Of a stretch of 64,000 bases of DNA, positions 13,074-25,171 are shown piece by piece. How positions within the stretch are numbered: the stretch's first letter is position 1; the number at the start of each line of letters is the position of its first letter. Under the pieces are notes generated by a model, which made no database searches, had not been told where the DNA came from, and saw only the letters and a program-made list of their open reading frames with translations. The stretch covers positions 44,602,152-44,666,151 of the forward strand of contig NC_081364.1 in the NCBI RefSeq assembly GCF_030684315.1, read 5' to 3'. The DNA comes from Stegostoma tigrinum (taxonomy: Eukaryota). A program made the position numbers and the translations under genes.

Positions 13074-16000
13074 TCCACAGAATTTTCATCAACAAAAATA
13101 TCATAAATATACGAAAAGCATGTATTAAAACTACAGAGTGATGGAAAGGTACTCCAGCGTGTTACAAGGGATGCAATCCAAACCTTTTTGGAAAATTTAT
13201 CATATAAGAACATTATTTTCACTCAATTAAAATCTATTTGGTAAGTAAGGGTGGAATCATGATACAGAAACATTAGATCAGATAAGCATTTAAATATTTT
13301 TGTTTACATTTTGAGGTCAACTGTCATGTGAAGTGCGTGCATCTCATTCTAATGTCAAATTTGTGTCAAAACATTCAGTACAGATGACCCAGTGCTTCTG
13401 TGACCAGAGGAGGAGGTGTCTCCCACTGATTCCTCCAAATCTTATTTTTACTGTCTTAATACTGGTATTTTTGCTTTTCAGTGTCACCATCCCTGAGTTC
13501 AATTTCTCTTACCCTCATAGGGCCCAGAGATTCCATTTTTTGGAACTTGTTTGCATTTTCAGCAGGACAGATTGCATGGAAGATTGGCAGCAGGAGATCT
13601 TCAGATTTGTAACATAACTGAAAGCCTGTGTGCTGCAGAATAAATTAGATACTTTGTTGGATTTGGCACCCGAGCAACGCAATTAATCATTCTGATCAAT
13701 TGCATTGACATCTGGGGCATTAAAATTATCATTGATGCCTAATTCTTGACATTCACTATTGCAATAGTACAAGTGAAGGAATACATAGTGTGTGACACAT
13801 TTGTGTATTATTACAATATGTTCACTGAGATATAGAGTAGATATTGAATGGTCGCATATACTTCAAGTGGAAATTGGTAATCTCTGGCCATCACAGTTCC
13901 CCTGAAACATCAAAAGTGCGAGGCTGCAAGATTCTAGTCTCAGTATTAGTTTGTATTTCTTCATGACACTGATGGGTTCTGTCAGGTCAATTGAATATTC
14001 TGTTGAACACTTTCGCCTGAAACATGTAGCAGTTGGGAGCACTTCTTTTGGCACTTGATGTGGATTTGTGAGCATTAAGACAATGGAGTTCAGCAGAGTG
14101 TAGATCTGCTTGAAAAATGCGAACAAATGGAGCAACCCCTTAAAATACTAACAGTCAAAGTTAAACATTCATGGTTGACATCTGTGCATCAACAAATTCA
14201 TGAATATTTTAGCCTCTAACCCAGGTACTGTGGCGATAACAAGGCTGGAATTATGTAAAGAGTGTGGAAAGCAGTGGTTACGTTTCAGGAACTATTATCT
14301 CTTTCATTAAATGCAACCTAATAAGCACCTTTTAATACTTTTCTCAAATAATGTAAAAGGTTTCTAAGGATTACATAGATTAATGTCATGGCTTTGTGAT
14401 CGATAGGGACACAAGTGTAGCTCTTTAATAGTGAGAGCTGTGTTTGTCCTGGGAGGCCAAATCCATCAGACTCTTACCAGCTTTGCAGCCGAGTTCCTCA
14501 AGATAATGACCTTTCTGTATAAGGTAGAGATACATACATAAAAAATAGCATGATCTGTAAAAAGAAAACTCTGCTGCTGCCACTAGTTGCCCATAGAGAC
14601 CTAAATAATGATGGAAGAAAGACAGGATGAATTCATTTCAGACATAGCTATCATAGTCCTCAACTTGAACATCTTCAAACTATTCTGCTGCAAACAAATG
14701 TTAAAGATGACTTAAAGGGTTAGTAGAAGCATGAATGCTCAGCTAGTATGGCCAACATCAATAACCATCATTTTAATGTTCAGCAAACTCATGCCAAACT
14801 GATAATAGACTATTACAGAATTAACAGATTTAGAAACTAAGTCAGAAGATCTAAACCAATCAATTTAAATTTAAATAACATTGGAGATATTGCACATTTG
14901 TAATGAAGTATGACCAGTGTTAAAATATACATGAAAAAAAAATTACATACAATGATAATGTGCTACTCTCTCAGGTCCTTCTTTCAGTCTCTTGGAATGA
15001 AGTAGTTACTTTGATATGTAAAAAAAAATTGCTACATCCCTCTGGTAGAAAAATATCTAAACCAAATGGACTACAGCACATTTGTCTGAAGATTGTTCAG
15101 CTATACAATAAGGAACTAAAGGATCACAAGGCAGGTTTTGAAAAAAAGAGGAATACTTTGATGTAAAACAAAATATAAGAATTTTACTTTCATAAGGAGA
15201 ATTAGAGTAACATTCTGCAACATCAAAACTCAACCCATGTGGCTTTTAATCATTAGTTGGCAGTGCACTGCTAAATAAGAAAACAGCTGGAAATGGCACT
15301 GATTGAAAAATGGCATAACTTTCAGAGACTCGGCGCTGCCAGCAGAGACTTGTGAGATAGCTGAAATTTTTATCGGAAGATCAGAGATGTCGATGGCTTT
15401 CCAACTATTACTTTCAGTGAGTGGAAATCTGCATTCAAATGTTTCCTAGTTTGTTGAAAGTTGCTCTTTTGAGTAGAGGGAGACCTCCAGAAGAAACACC
15501 CACTTGTTGCAGAAGATAATGGTTCTGAAAGAGACAGTGTTGAAATTGCATTAGCTTTATGCTGCCTGATAATATCACGCAGTTTTTGGGTGGAAAATAC
15601 AATTAATTTTGCACAAGGTTCTGACGGAAACTGTTCTGACATATTTGACTCCTATTAGTTGTGAATCAAGCAATAATCTACAAATTATTATGTAAGAAAA
15701 GTGCCTGTTGTGACTCTCATTAGTGGTCTATTCTTACTGACGGGAGTATCTTATGATCTCCCATGGGGACCTCACCTGGCTAGTTACCTATGTGGAAGTT
15801 TTTATTTGTTTTTGCCAGTAACATTGTTGATCCTGCCTCCAGGCTAGCCATGCCAGCCCAGCAGCAACATTTTTTGTTGGCTGGCCAAACTGGCCGAGAG
15901 AAAAACAAACAGAAACAACCATTGATCAGTGTGGATCAAGATACCTGGCAGCGGTGAGCGTCATCCCAGAGAAAATTTCATGGAGTCAATGTGGGAAGTG

Positions 16001-16187
16001 CCCGAGAGAGGAAAAGTTTCCACGGTTTTGTTTGTGGCCATGATCTGCAAAAAGTGTCAATGCCACTTAGGAGCCTCCAAGACCACCTTGACTGGCAGTA
16101 CATAGGCTGAGGAGGCAGAACCAAGACCCCAGAATTTGTATTACATTCGATTCAGATACTGATCTGGGCGTTAGGAGCAGAGGACCA

Positions 16188-19100
16188 TGTTTGTTGCCCG
16201 TGCCACGTGCTAGTGAGGCAAGGAATAGGGAGAGAGAGAGGAGTTGAACACGTGGCTACAGGGATGGTGCAGGAGGGAGGGTTTTGAATTCTTCGATAAT
16301 TGGGGATCTTTCTGGGGTAGGTGGACCTCTACAAGCAGGATAGTCTTCACCTGAACCAGAGGGGTACCGATATCCTGGGGGGGGGCGAAATTTGCTAAGG
16401 CTATTCGGGTGGGCTTAAACTAATTCAGCAGAGGGATGGGAACCAAAATTGTAGTTCGAGTATAGAAAAGGTTGAGAGTAGGGTGGTCCAAAATAAAGTT
16501 TCAGGGACGCAAAATGGCACTGGCAAGCAAGAAGCTGGTTTGAAGCGTGTCTACTTCAATGCCAGGAGTATCCGGAATAAGGTGGGTGATCTTGCAGCAT
16601 AGGTTAGTACCTGGGACTTCGATGTTGTGGCCATTTCGGAGACATGGATAGAGCAGGGACAGGAATGGTTGTTGCAGGTTCTGGGATTTAGATGTTTCAG
16701 TAAGAACAGAGAAGATGGTAAAAGGTGGGGAGGTGTGGCATTGTTAGTCAAGGACAATATTACAGTTGCAGAAAGGATGTTTGGGGACTCGTCAACTGAG
16801 GTAGTATGGGCTGAGGTTAGAAACAGGAAAGGAGAGGCCACCCTGTTGGGAGTTTTCTATAGGCCTCCGAATAGTTCCAGATATGTAGAGGAAAGGATAG
16901 CAAAGATGATTCTCGATAGGAGTGAGAGAGACAGGGTAGTTGTCATGAGGGATTTCAACTTTCCAAATATTGACTGGGAACACTATAGTTCGAGTACTGT
17001 AGATGGGTCAGTTTTTGTCCAGTGTGTGCAGGAGAGCTTCCTGACACAGTACGTAGATAGGCCAACAAGGGGCAAAGCCACGTTAGATTTGCTACTGGGT
17101 AATGAGCCCGGACAGGTGTTAGATTTGGAAATAGGTGAGCACTTTGGTGATAGCGATCACAATTCTGTTATGTTTACGTTAGTGATGGAAAGGGATAAGT
17201 GTATACCACTGGACAAGGGTTATAGCTGGGGGAAAGGCAATTACGATGAGATTAGGCAAGATTTAGGGAGCATAGGATAGGGAAGGAAACTGCAGGAGAT
17301 GGGCACATTAGAAATGTGGAGCTTATTCAAGGAAAAGCTCCTGTGTGTCCTAGATAAGTATGTATCTGTCAGGCAGGGAGGAAGCTGTAGAGTGCAGGAG
17401 CCGTGGTTTATGAAGGAGGTGGAATCTCTGGTCAAGAGGAAGAAGAAGGCTTATGTTAGGATGAGATGTGAAGGCTCATTTAGGGCACTGGAGGGCTATG
17501 AGGTAGCCGGGAAAGACCTAAAGAGAGAGCTCAGAAGAGCCAGGAGGAGAAATGAGAAGTTGTTGGTGGATAGGATCAGGGTAAACCCTGAGGCTTTCTA
17601 CAGGTATTTAAAGAATGACGAAAGTAAGATTAGGGCCAATCAAGAATAGTAGTGGGAAGTTGTATGTGGAGTCAGAGGAGATAGGGGAAGTGCTAAATGA
17701 ATATTTTTCAACAGTATTCACTCTAGAAAACGACAATGTTGTCAAGGAGAATACTGAGATACAGGCTACTAGACTAGGTGGGATTGAGGCCCACAAGGAA
17801 GAGGTATTAGAAATACTACAGAGTGTGAAGATAGATAAGCCCCCTGGGACGGCTGGAATTTATCCTAGGATTCTCTGGGAAGCCAGGGAGGAGATTGCCG
17901 AGCCCTTGGCATTGATCTTTAACTCATCATTGTCTACAGGAATAGTGCCAGATGACTGGAGGATAGCAAATGTGGTTCCCCTGTTCAAGAAGGGGAGTAG
18001 AGACAACCCTGGTAATTATAGACCAGTGAGCCTTACCTCAGTTGTTGGTAAAGTGTTGGAAAAGGTTATAAGGGATAGGATTTATAATCATCTAGAAAAG
18101 AATAAATTGATTAGGGATAGTCAGCACGGTTTTGTGAAGGGTAGGTCATGCCTCACAAACCTTATTGAGTTCTTTGAGAAGGTGACCAAACAGGTGGATG
18201 AGAGTAAACCGGTTGATGTGGTGTATATGGATTTCAGCAAGGCATTCGATAAGGTTCCCCACAATAGGCTATTGTACAAAATGCGGAGGAATGGAATTGT
18301 GGGAGATATAGCAGTTTGGATCGGAAATTGGCTTGCTGAAAGAAGACAGAGGGTGATAGTTGATGGGAAATGTTCATCCTGGAGACCTGTTACTAGTGGT
18401 GTGCCACAAGGGTCGCTGTTGGGTCCACTGCTGTTCGTCATTTTTATAAATGACCTGGACAAGGGCGTAGAAGATAATAAAATGTGAGGCTGGATGAACA
18501 CAGCAGGCCAAGCAGCATCTCAACGTCAGCTTTTGTGCTCCTGAGATGCTGCTTGGCCTGCTGTGTTCATCCAGCCTCACATTTTATTATCTTGGATTCT
18601 CCAGCATCTGCAGTTCCCACTATCTCTGAGGGCGTAGAAGGATGGGTTAGTAAATTTGCAGACGACACTAAGGTCGGTGGAGTTGTGGATAGTGATGAAG
18701 GATGCTGTAGGTTGCAGAGAGACATAGATAAGCTGCAGAGCTGGGCTGAGAGGTGGCAAATGGAGTTTAATGCAGACAAGTGGGAGGTGATGCACTTTGG
18801 TAGGAGTAACCAGAAGGCAAAGTACTGGGCTAATGGTAAGATTCTTAGCAGTGTAGATGAGCGGAGAGATCTCGGTGTCCATGTACACAGATCCTTAAGT
18901 TGCCACCCAGGTTGCCAGGGTGTTAAGAAACACATACAGTGTTTTAGCTTTTATTAATAGAGGAATCGAGTTCCGGAACCAAGAGATTATGCTGAAGCTG
19001 TACAAAACTCTGGTGCGGCCGCACTTGGAGTATTGTGTACAGTTCTGGTCACCACATTATAATAAGGATGTGGAAGCTTTGGAAAGGGTGCAGAGGAGAT

Positions 19101-19552
19101 TAACTAGGATGTTGCCTGGTATGGGGGGGGAAGGTCTTACGAGGAAAGGCTGAGGGACTTGAGGCTGTTTTCATTAGAGAGAAGAAGGTTGAGAGGTGAC
19201 TTAATTGAAACATAAAATAATCAGAGGGCTGGATAGGGTGGATAGGGAGAGCCTTTTTCCTAGGATGGTGACGGCGAGCATGAGGGGGCATAGCTTTAAA
19301 TTGATGGGTGAAAGATATAGGACAGATGTCAGAGGTGGTTTCTTTACTCAGAGAGTAGTAAGGGAATGGAACGCTTTGCCTGCAACGGTAGTAGATTCGC
19401 CAACTTTAGGTACATTTAAATCGTCATTGGATAAGCATATGGACGTACATGGAATAGTATAGGTTAGATGGGCTTGAGATCAGTATGACAGGTCGGCAAA
19501 ATATCGAGGACTGAAGGGACTGTACTGTGCTGTAATGTTCTATGTTCTATGT
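16188..19552 (+). mobile_element. CR1 LINE: ORF1 esterase C-terminus plus nearly complete, disrupted ORF2 (APE + RT)
   Basis: LLPVPRASEARNRE...LNTWLQGWCRREGF...LHLNQRGT (SGNH-type ORF1); NARSIRNK, AISETW, FYRPP, DFNFPNIDW, SDHN; [27 protein letters not shown]; (TTCTATG)n tail. Contains stops, frameshifts and a Penelope insertion at 18474. Confidence 0.95.
18474..18628. mobile_element. Miniature Penelope-derived fold-back insertion within the CR1 RT
   Basis: 51-bp perfect inverted repeat (18472-18522 / 18542-18592), a tailed right end, and TSD agggcgtagaag (18462-18473 / 18629-18640). Confidence 0.92.
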
Positions 19553-20964
19553 AAGTGTTCCACTTGATACAGGCTTACTTGTTATGAAGGGGAATGTTGG
19601 AGGAGCCCATTCTATCAAATAGAGTGTGATGCCATCATAAAAGCACGGGCCTTCTTTAACAGTAACTATATAAATGTGGGTGAAATGAATACAGGTATTG
19701 GTGTAGAAACAGCAGATGCAACAGTGTATACAGAACCAATGGTTATAGTACTGATTTATAATTGCACAGATGTGAGAGAGATTTTGATTTGCTCTTCCGT
19801 ACCTTATGCAAATCCCTCTTCCCACAACTGGCACTCTTGATGATTTGGGTTAGAAAATGCACCAAGTTAAGAACAGAAGAACTAGATGCCTTGGGTGTGA
19901 ATATCACTCAATAGCTGAATGTAATGATGGAGGCCTAGTTAAACAGTCTGGACCCTACACGTGCTCCACGTACGAATTAACATTTGCATCAAAAATTGGC
20001 CGAGGCTCGTATGATTGACATAGATATGCCTTGTTACACGATCGAAAGTGCTTAAAATCAATGAAAACTGAATCAAAATCAGGAAGAAGCAGTTATAGGT
20101 GCATAAAGGAGGAAACCCATCTACTACTTCTGTTAGAACAACAATTTGTCAGATGCAAATTTATTAATAAAATTATCTCAAGTGTCCTTACCTCAAAAAC
20201 ACCTAAGGAAATTTCAGATAAACACAGGGTGTTTCAAAACATCTGTATGGTAGCCCAGCAACCACCAGCTGATGAAACTGGTGAAGACAATTTGGAGACA
20301 GTGTCTCTTGAGGATACTAAGACTCAGGAGGTATAGATCTGAGTCAGAAAATGACTATTGAGCCATCAGCTTATATCTCTAAAGACCGCAACATTGATGA
20401 TCAACTCTGTCAGGCTGAAGACCTGTTAAAAAACACAGGTGATTCCGAGGTCAGAGCACTGGGGCTCGGGCTCACGGAGTGTATCACAAACCTTACAATA
20501 GCTGGAGATGACTTGAACACAGTGAATCTCAGGCTAAAAGAGCAGGATTTAAGGAAGCTTTAAGGACCTGATGGGAAGAAGGATAAGTGTGCAAAAAGGA
20601 TGTTGTGCAGATAGACAAATGCCAATTAGCCTCACAAATCATGAGGGTTTGTGCCATATCATTACACCACTTCTCAAAAGAGGAAATTCAAGTTAATTTC
20701 ACAGTTAAACAGATTTGCAAAATAGTCAGGACAGAGAAGTTCATAACTACATCTAGATCCCAAGAGCGCGTAAAGGCCAAATGGAATTAAATTAGATGAC
20801 ATTCTAGATATCCATTCTGAAGATGCCACATGTCTATCTTGACTTTACATGTAACTTGACTTCCCTGTCTATGTTCAAAACCTTGCACAATCCCAGATTG
20901 TCTCAAAGATTCAAACTGTATTAATGCTCAAAACTGAAGATCAGGAATGCCTCAGAAATATAGA

Positions 20965-21445
20965 CAACTAGAGGCTAATTATTCCTGAACGGCAAGACAG
21001 ATGTATGAAGAGAGATTGGATCACTTAGGACTACATTCATTGGAAATAAGAATGAAGAGGAATCTCATAGAAACCTATAAAATTCTAACAACAGGGCGAG
21101 ACATGGGAAACACAAGAAGGATGTTCTTGATGACCAGGGAATTAAGAATCAGAAGATACAGTCTAAGGGTATAGGGTGGGCCATTTAGGACTGAGATGAG
21201 AAGAAATTTCTTCACTCAGAGAGTGATGAACCTGTGGAACTCACAGAAAGTGATTGAAACCAAAACATTAAATGTTTCCAAAGAGTTAGGTAAAGATCCA
21301 AGGACCATGGGGATTAAAGGGAATGAGGGAAAGCAGGAACAGGATGCTGAGTTAGATAATCAACAATATTTCTATAGATGGTGCAAAAGGTTCGAAGAAC
21401 TGAATAACCTAGTCCCGCTCCTATTTTCCATGTTTACATGGTTTC
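20965..21445 (+). mobile_element. CR1 LINE 3' fragment
   Basis: YEERLDHLGLHSLE...LIETYKIL...MRRNFFTQRVMNLWNS followed by a 3' UTR ending ttccatgtttacatg. Confidence 0.8.
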
Positions 21446-21471
21446 GGTTTACTAACCCTGAGCACACCTAA

Positions 21472-21778
21472 ACAGCGGCACAGTGTCTCTTTGATAGCAC
21501 TGCTTCCTCACAGTGCCAGGAACCCCAGTTTAGTTCGACCCACGGGCAACTGTTTGCATAGAATTTGCACATTCTCCCCTGTGTCTGCGTGGGTTTCCTC
21601 CCACAGTCCAATGATGCGCCAGTTAGTCGGATCAGCACGATTTGCCTAATATGTGTAGGTTAGGTGTTTTACCCGTGGTATGTGGAGGGTAACAGGGATA
21701 GGGGATAGGTCACTTTCTGGAGGGTTGTGTGGACTCAATAGGCCAAATTGCTTATCGCCACACTGTAGGGATTCTTAA
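21472..21778 (+). mobile_element. V-SINE (HE1-like), decayed
   Basis: gcggcacagtg...agcactgcttcctcacagtgccagg; V-domain tttgcacattctcccctgtgtctgcgtgggtttcctcccacagtcc; tail cacactgtagggattct. Confidence 0.8.
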
Positions 21779-21949
21779 ACATCACCTCATAGCCCTTCAT
21801 ACTCCTACATCACCAATCAACCCATAACATTTAAAAAGAAATATCCCAACCTAGCCCTGAGCATTTAGTTCCTTAAAAAATATAAAATTCAATAAGTGGT
21901 TGGAGCTGTCCTTCAAAATACTCACATCATAGGCATCCTTTTGTGAGCC

Positions 21950-22040
21950 TGGGTGCAATGCTTTTTGGAGAGTCACTGTTGACTCAATGGGCCGAATAGC
22001 CTCCACACTGTAGCTTCCACACTGTCGGGATTCTATGAAC
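21950..22040 (+). mobile_element. CR1/SINE-type 3' tail fragment
   Basis: gactcaatgggccgaatagcctccacactgtag...ggattctatga. Confidence 0.55.
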
Positions 22041-22323
22041 ATTATCATGGTCAAATTCACTTTCTCAAGATCACAGTATATTTCAAAATTCTCAATCCAA
22101 GTTCTAAAGCAATATATGCAATCCCCTTGGAAAATCTGTTGGAAGGCATAAATTATATATTCTGCGTTCAAAAAATAGCTTAAGATAAAAAAAAATTAAG
22201 CTTTGATGACAAGTAAAATAAATCTAAATTCCATTCTCCCCTCCTACACACAAACTTAAAGAAATAAGTTAATACAAAATATAAACACTAAATATCGAAG
22301 TTAAAGAAATTTAATTATCTTAC

Positions 22324-22374
22324 CTGACCCTTTGTATGCCCTGTGGCCTATAATTCCACACAAGTTTCTGAAAA
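22324..22374 (-). other. Candidate 51-nt spliced exon, gene unknown
   Basis: Minus strand reads ttgttttgcag|TTTTCAGAAAC...AAAGGGTCAG|gtaagat, with consensus acceptor and donor in AT-rich unique sequence. Open in two frames (FRNLCGIIGHRAYKGS or FQKLVWNYRPQGIQRV). Confidence 0.3.
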
Positions 22375-22721
22375 CTGCAAAACAATAGTCCCTATGGTAA
22401 AGTAATTAACCATAGTTCACAAAGGCCCTTAGAAATCTCTCTCTGTTAGGGAAAGGCAAGTGACTATATAAAGTGAGGATAATTCTTTATTATGCATGGG
22501 GCACAGCAAGGATGCAGGCCTCAATGAACGACACCCTAACCCAGATCAATTCTGGTAAATTTCCCCTGGAGACTCTAGGTGAACTGAACATCAATGTCCT
22601 GACTTCTATCCATGGAGTGGGACCAGATGCTGGGCTCCATCCCTCCAAACATTCCACCATGACTTAGGGGACACCTACTAGCCAAAATCATCAACCAGGC
22701 AAGGAAAATGGGCATGCAGAC

Positions 22722-22808
22722 AAACAGAAAGCTGGAAGAACAAAATAGGCCAGTCAGCATCTGGAGGAAAGGAAAAGTCAATGTTTTAGCTATTATCCTT
22801 CTTCAGGA
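22722..22808 (-). mobile_element. Old Penelope pLTR fragment
   Basis: aaacagaaagctggaagaacaaaataggccagtcagcatctgg...aatgtttt...ccttcttcag, same layout as the other pLTR ends. Confidence 0.5.
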
Positions 22809-25073
22809 CTAGGATCCACCTCAAGAAAGAAGGGGTAGAATCTGGCAAGCTGGGGGTGGGACCTGAGCTAAAAGTGTGGGCTAAAGAAGGATCTGAAGCA
22901 GGAGCATTGTGAAGACTATGAGAGAGAAGGGCAGAAGCCAGGAGCTGGAACAGGAGTTCAAGACTGGTGGGTCGCAGTATAAAGGTGCCATGACATTAGG
23001 AGACAGAGGTCACTGATGGTGGCCAGAGAGAAGAGAAGTGGCCATGAAATAGTCACACACCTGTGGGAAACATGAGTGTACAGACTGGATAGTACTCCTG
23101 TGTTCAACTGGTCATGAAGAGAAGAAGATCCTCCTCGAATTTGCAAGGGAGCTGGCAATTAGAGCTCCATCAGTTGAACTCCAGTGCCCAGTTGATGAGA
23201 GAACAGGAGTTATGCTCACCTGGTGGTTCTGCTGCATCGGCTGTGAATGTTCATTGATTCAAAACAGGAAGAAATGATTGACAATGTGATATCTGTGTGC
23301 ATGAATCACACATTGGGAAAAATGTGGGAGTTTTTTATTACAAAGTCTGTTGACTGGAACTGAACGCAATAAAGTTGTGACCTCACCAAAGTTTAAAAGT
23401 ATAAAGTTTTAACACAATGTCACTGTTATTGTACTGAATGCCTCTGTTTGACACTCAAGGTGGCATATGCTTTGTTAATTACTCTCTCAATATGTCTTGC
23501 AACCCTCAAAGCTCTGTCCGTATGAACTGAGGCCCATTTGCCCTACCAAAGCACTCGAGCATATGTTGCATCTCCCTATCCCTTATGAATGCAATACCAC
23601 ACTGTCTTAAATTTCATCTGTCACATGTTTGCCCGTTGTGCTAATTTATTGTTCCCAGTAGAAGTTAATATGACTGTTATGTTTTGAGACTGTTTCTTTG
23701 ATGTAAGATAAAATAAAGGGGATCATATGACTTGCTTTGATTTCTGCCTGACAACAAGCCCATGTGGCTCCAATGCTTTGATAACAAGAGGGACCCAACA
23801 CTAGAAATCCATCAAGATGGCACGCTTGGAAATAATGGCAACTGCAGTTTTAGCTAACTATGAATCGATGTAACGGCTAGATTTTACCAAATGAGCCGGT
23901 CATTCGGAATCACCCTGATATAATGCACCTTAATAAGTGTGGTTTTCATTCTGGAGGTGGACATGGATGCAGGAAAGAGAAAGGCTGGTAACCATGGAAA
24001 CAAAGAGTATAGAATCGCAGTTAGGTTTGTGTTGAGGTGTGATAGTGATAACGTGCACCAATTTTCCCAGGGACTTCAGCCCAGATGGTTTAGAAGTTGT
24101 TAGGTGCTCTAACCTCTCACCCTTTACTCTTCCTCATCTTCTACTTATTTGGTCCCCTATTCCCTCAGTGCCACATTAATGCCAATATGCCTCCGCTCAT
24201 TCCCCAATGCCTCCTCACAGCATCCATCACCTCCAAAGCCACTCATTTTGTGTGCACCATGGGCAGATGTCAGAATTCATGTGGAGACAAAAAAAAATAA
24301 ACTTCTAACAATCCAAAACAGCACTCACTTTTCATACTTGCTAGTGAGTAAAGAACCCTATTCATAACACCCTTTCAACGCTTTCGAATCTGCTCAAGTA
24401 GTCAATCTCTTGTAAAAGCAAAAAAATTTCTCATCAGACCCTGTATCAAAGAAAGCAAATTCCTTAATAAATTTGTTAACCTGTCAAACTGTGAGCTCAG
24501 AAGTCCTGTGAGATCATTTTAGTTTTTGAAACTCAGTCAAAAACTCTTAATAACAATAATGGTATCCTTTCAGGCAATGCTGAAAAAGACCTCTATTAAT
24601 CCCATATCAGAAATGATTATGTTTTCTTTTTCACTTATTACTCAAAACTGTTCAACAGAGGGGACATTTGTAAACTCTCACAGACAGCTTTTACCATTTT
24701 TCTAAGTTGAAAGAGTGAGATTTATTCAAAACTCCAGGTTATGACAGTTATAAAGACCACATCTGCTCTTCAAGAATGTTTGTATCTACCCCATCAATTC
24801 ATGCCTCCCACATTGGCTCCTTTAAAGCTGGAATTGATTCTGTTTGTACTCCGCATTGGGTCTAAATAGTCCTGGTGAATTTGGATTTTCCTCTTGTGTT
24901 AATCACACTCAGTCTTCCTTTCTTATAGTAAAATTGTACTTGTTAGGAATGTAGAACAGACCTCTGCATTCAGGTCCTGCTAATAATTTTAAAGGTCTAT
25001 GGAGCTTTCCTGGCTTCATGAAAATTCAGGCCTTAGTTTCCATGTGTCACAAGGAGGTGTTTGGAGTTTTGAG

Positions 25074-25171
25074 ATAACAAGATGTAGAGCTGGATGAACA
25101 CAGCAGGGCAAGCAGCATCAGAGGAGCAGGAACGTTGACATTTCGGGCCGAGACTCCTCTTCATAAATTCA
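25074..25171 (-). mobile_element. Single-arm Penelope pLTR fragment
   Basis: ataacaagatgtagagctggatgaacacagcagg...tttcgggccgagactcctcttca; flanked by ggagttttgag (25063-25073) and ggaattttgag (25172-25182). Confidence 0.8.

Noticed and set aside
15370-15642. Unique-sequence ORFs such as 15370-15642 and 26433-26720 as host genes
   Set aside because: Short, with no recognisable domains or supporting splice structure.
17615-18487. 290-aa RT ORF as a functional gene
   Set aside because: It is part of a CR1 ORF2 with upstream stops and frameshifts, and is interrupted by an insertion before the catalytic FADD motif.
18522-18530. Plus arm of the 18474 mini-element starting at the hammerhead cleavage site
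   Set aside because: It retains 5-6 nt (aacgtc) upstream of the predicted GUC cut, so it does not match a precisely cleaved RNA end.
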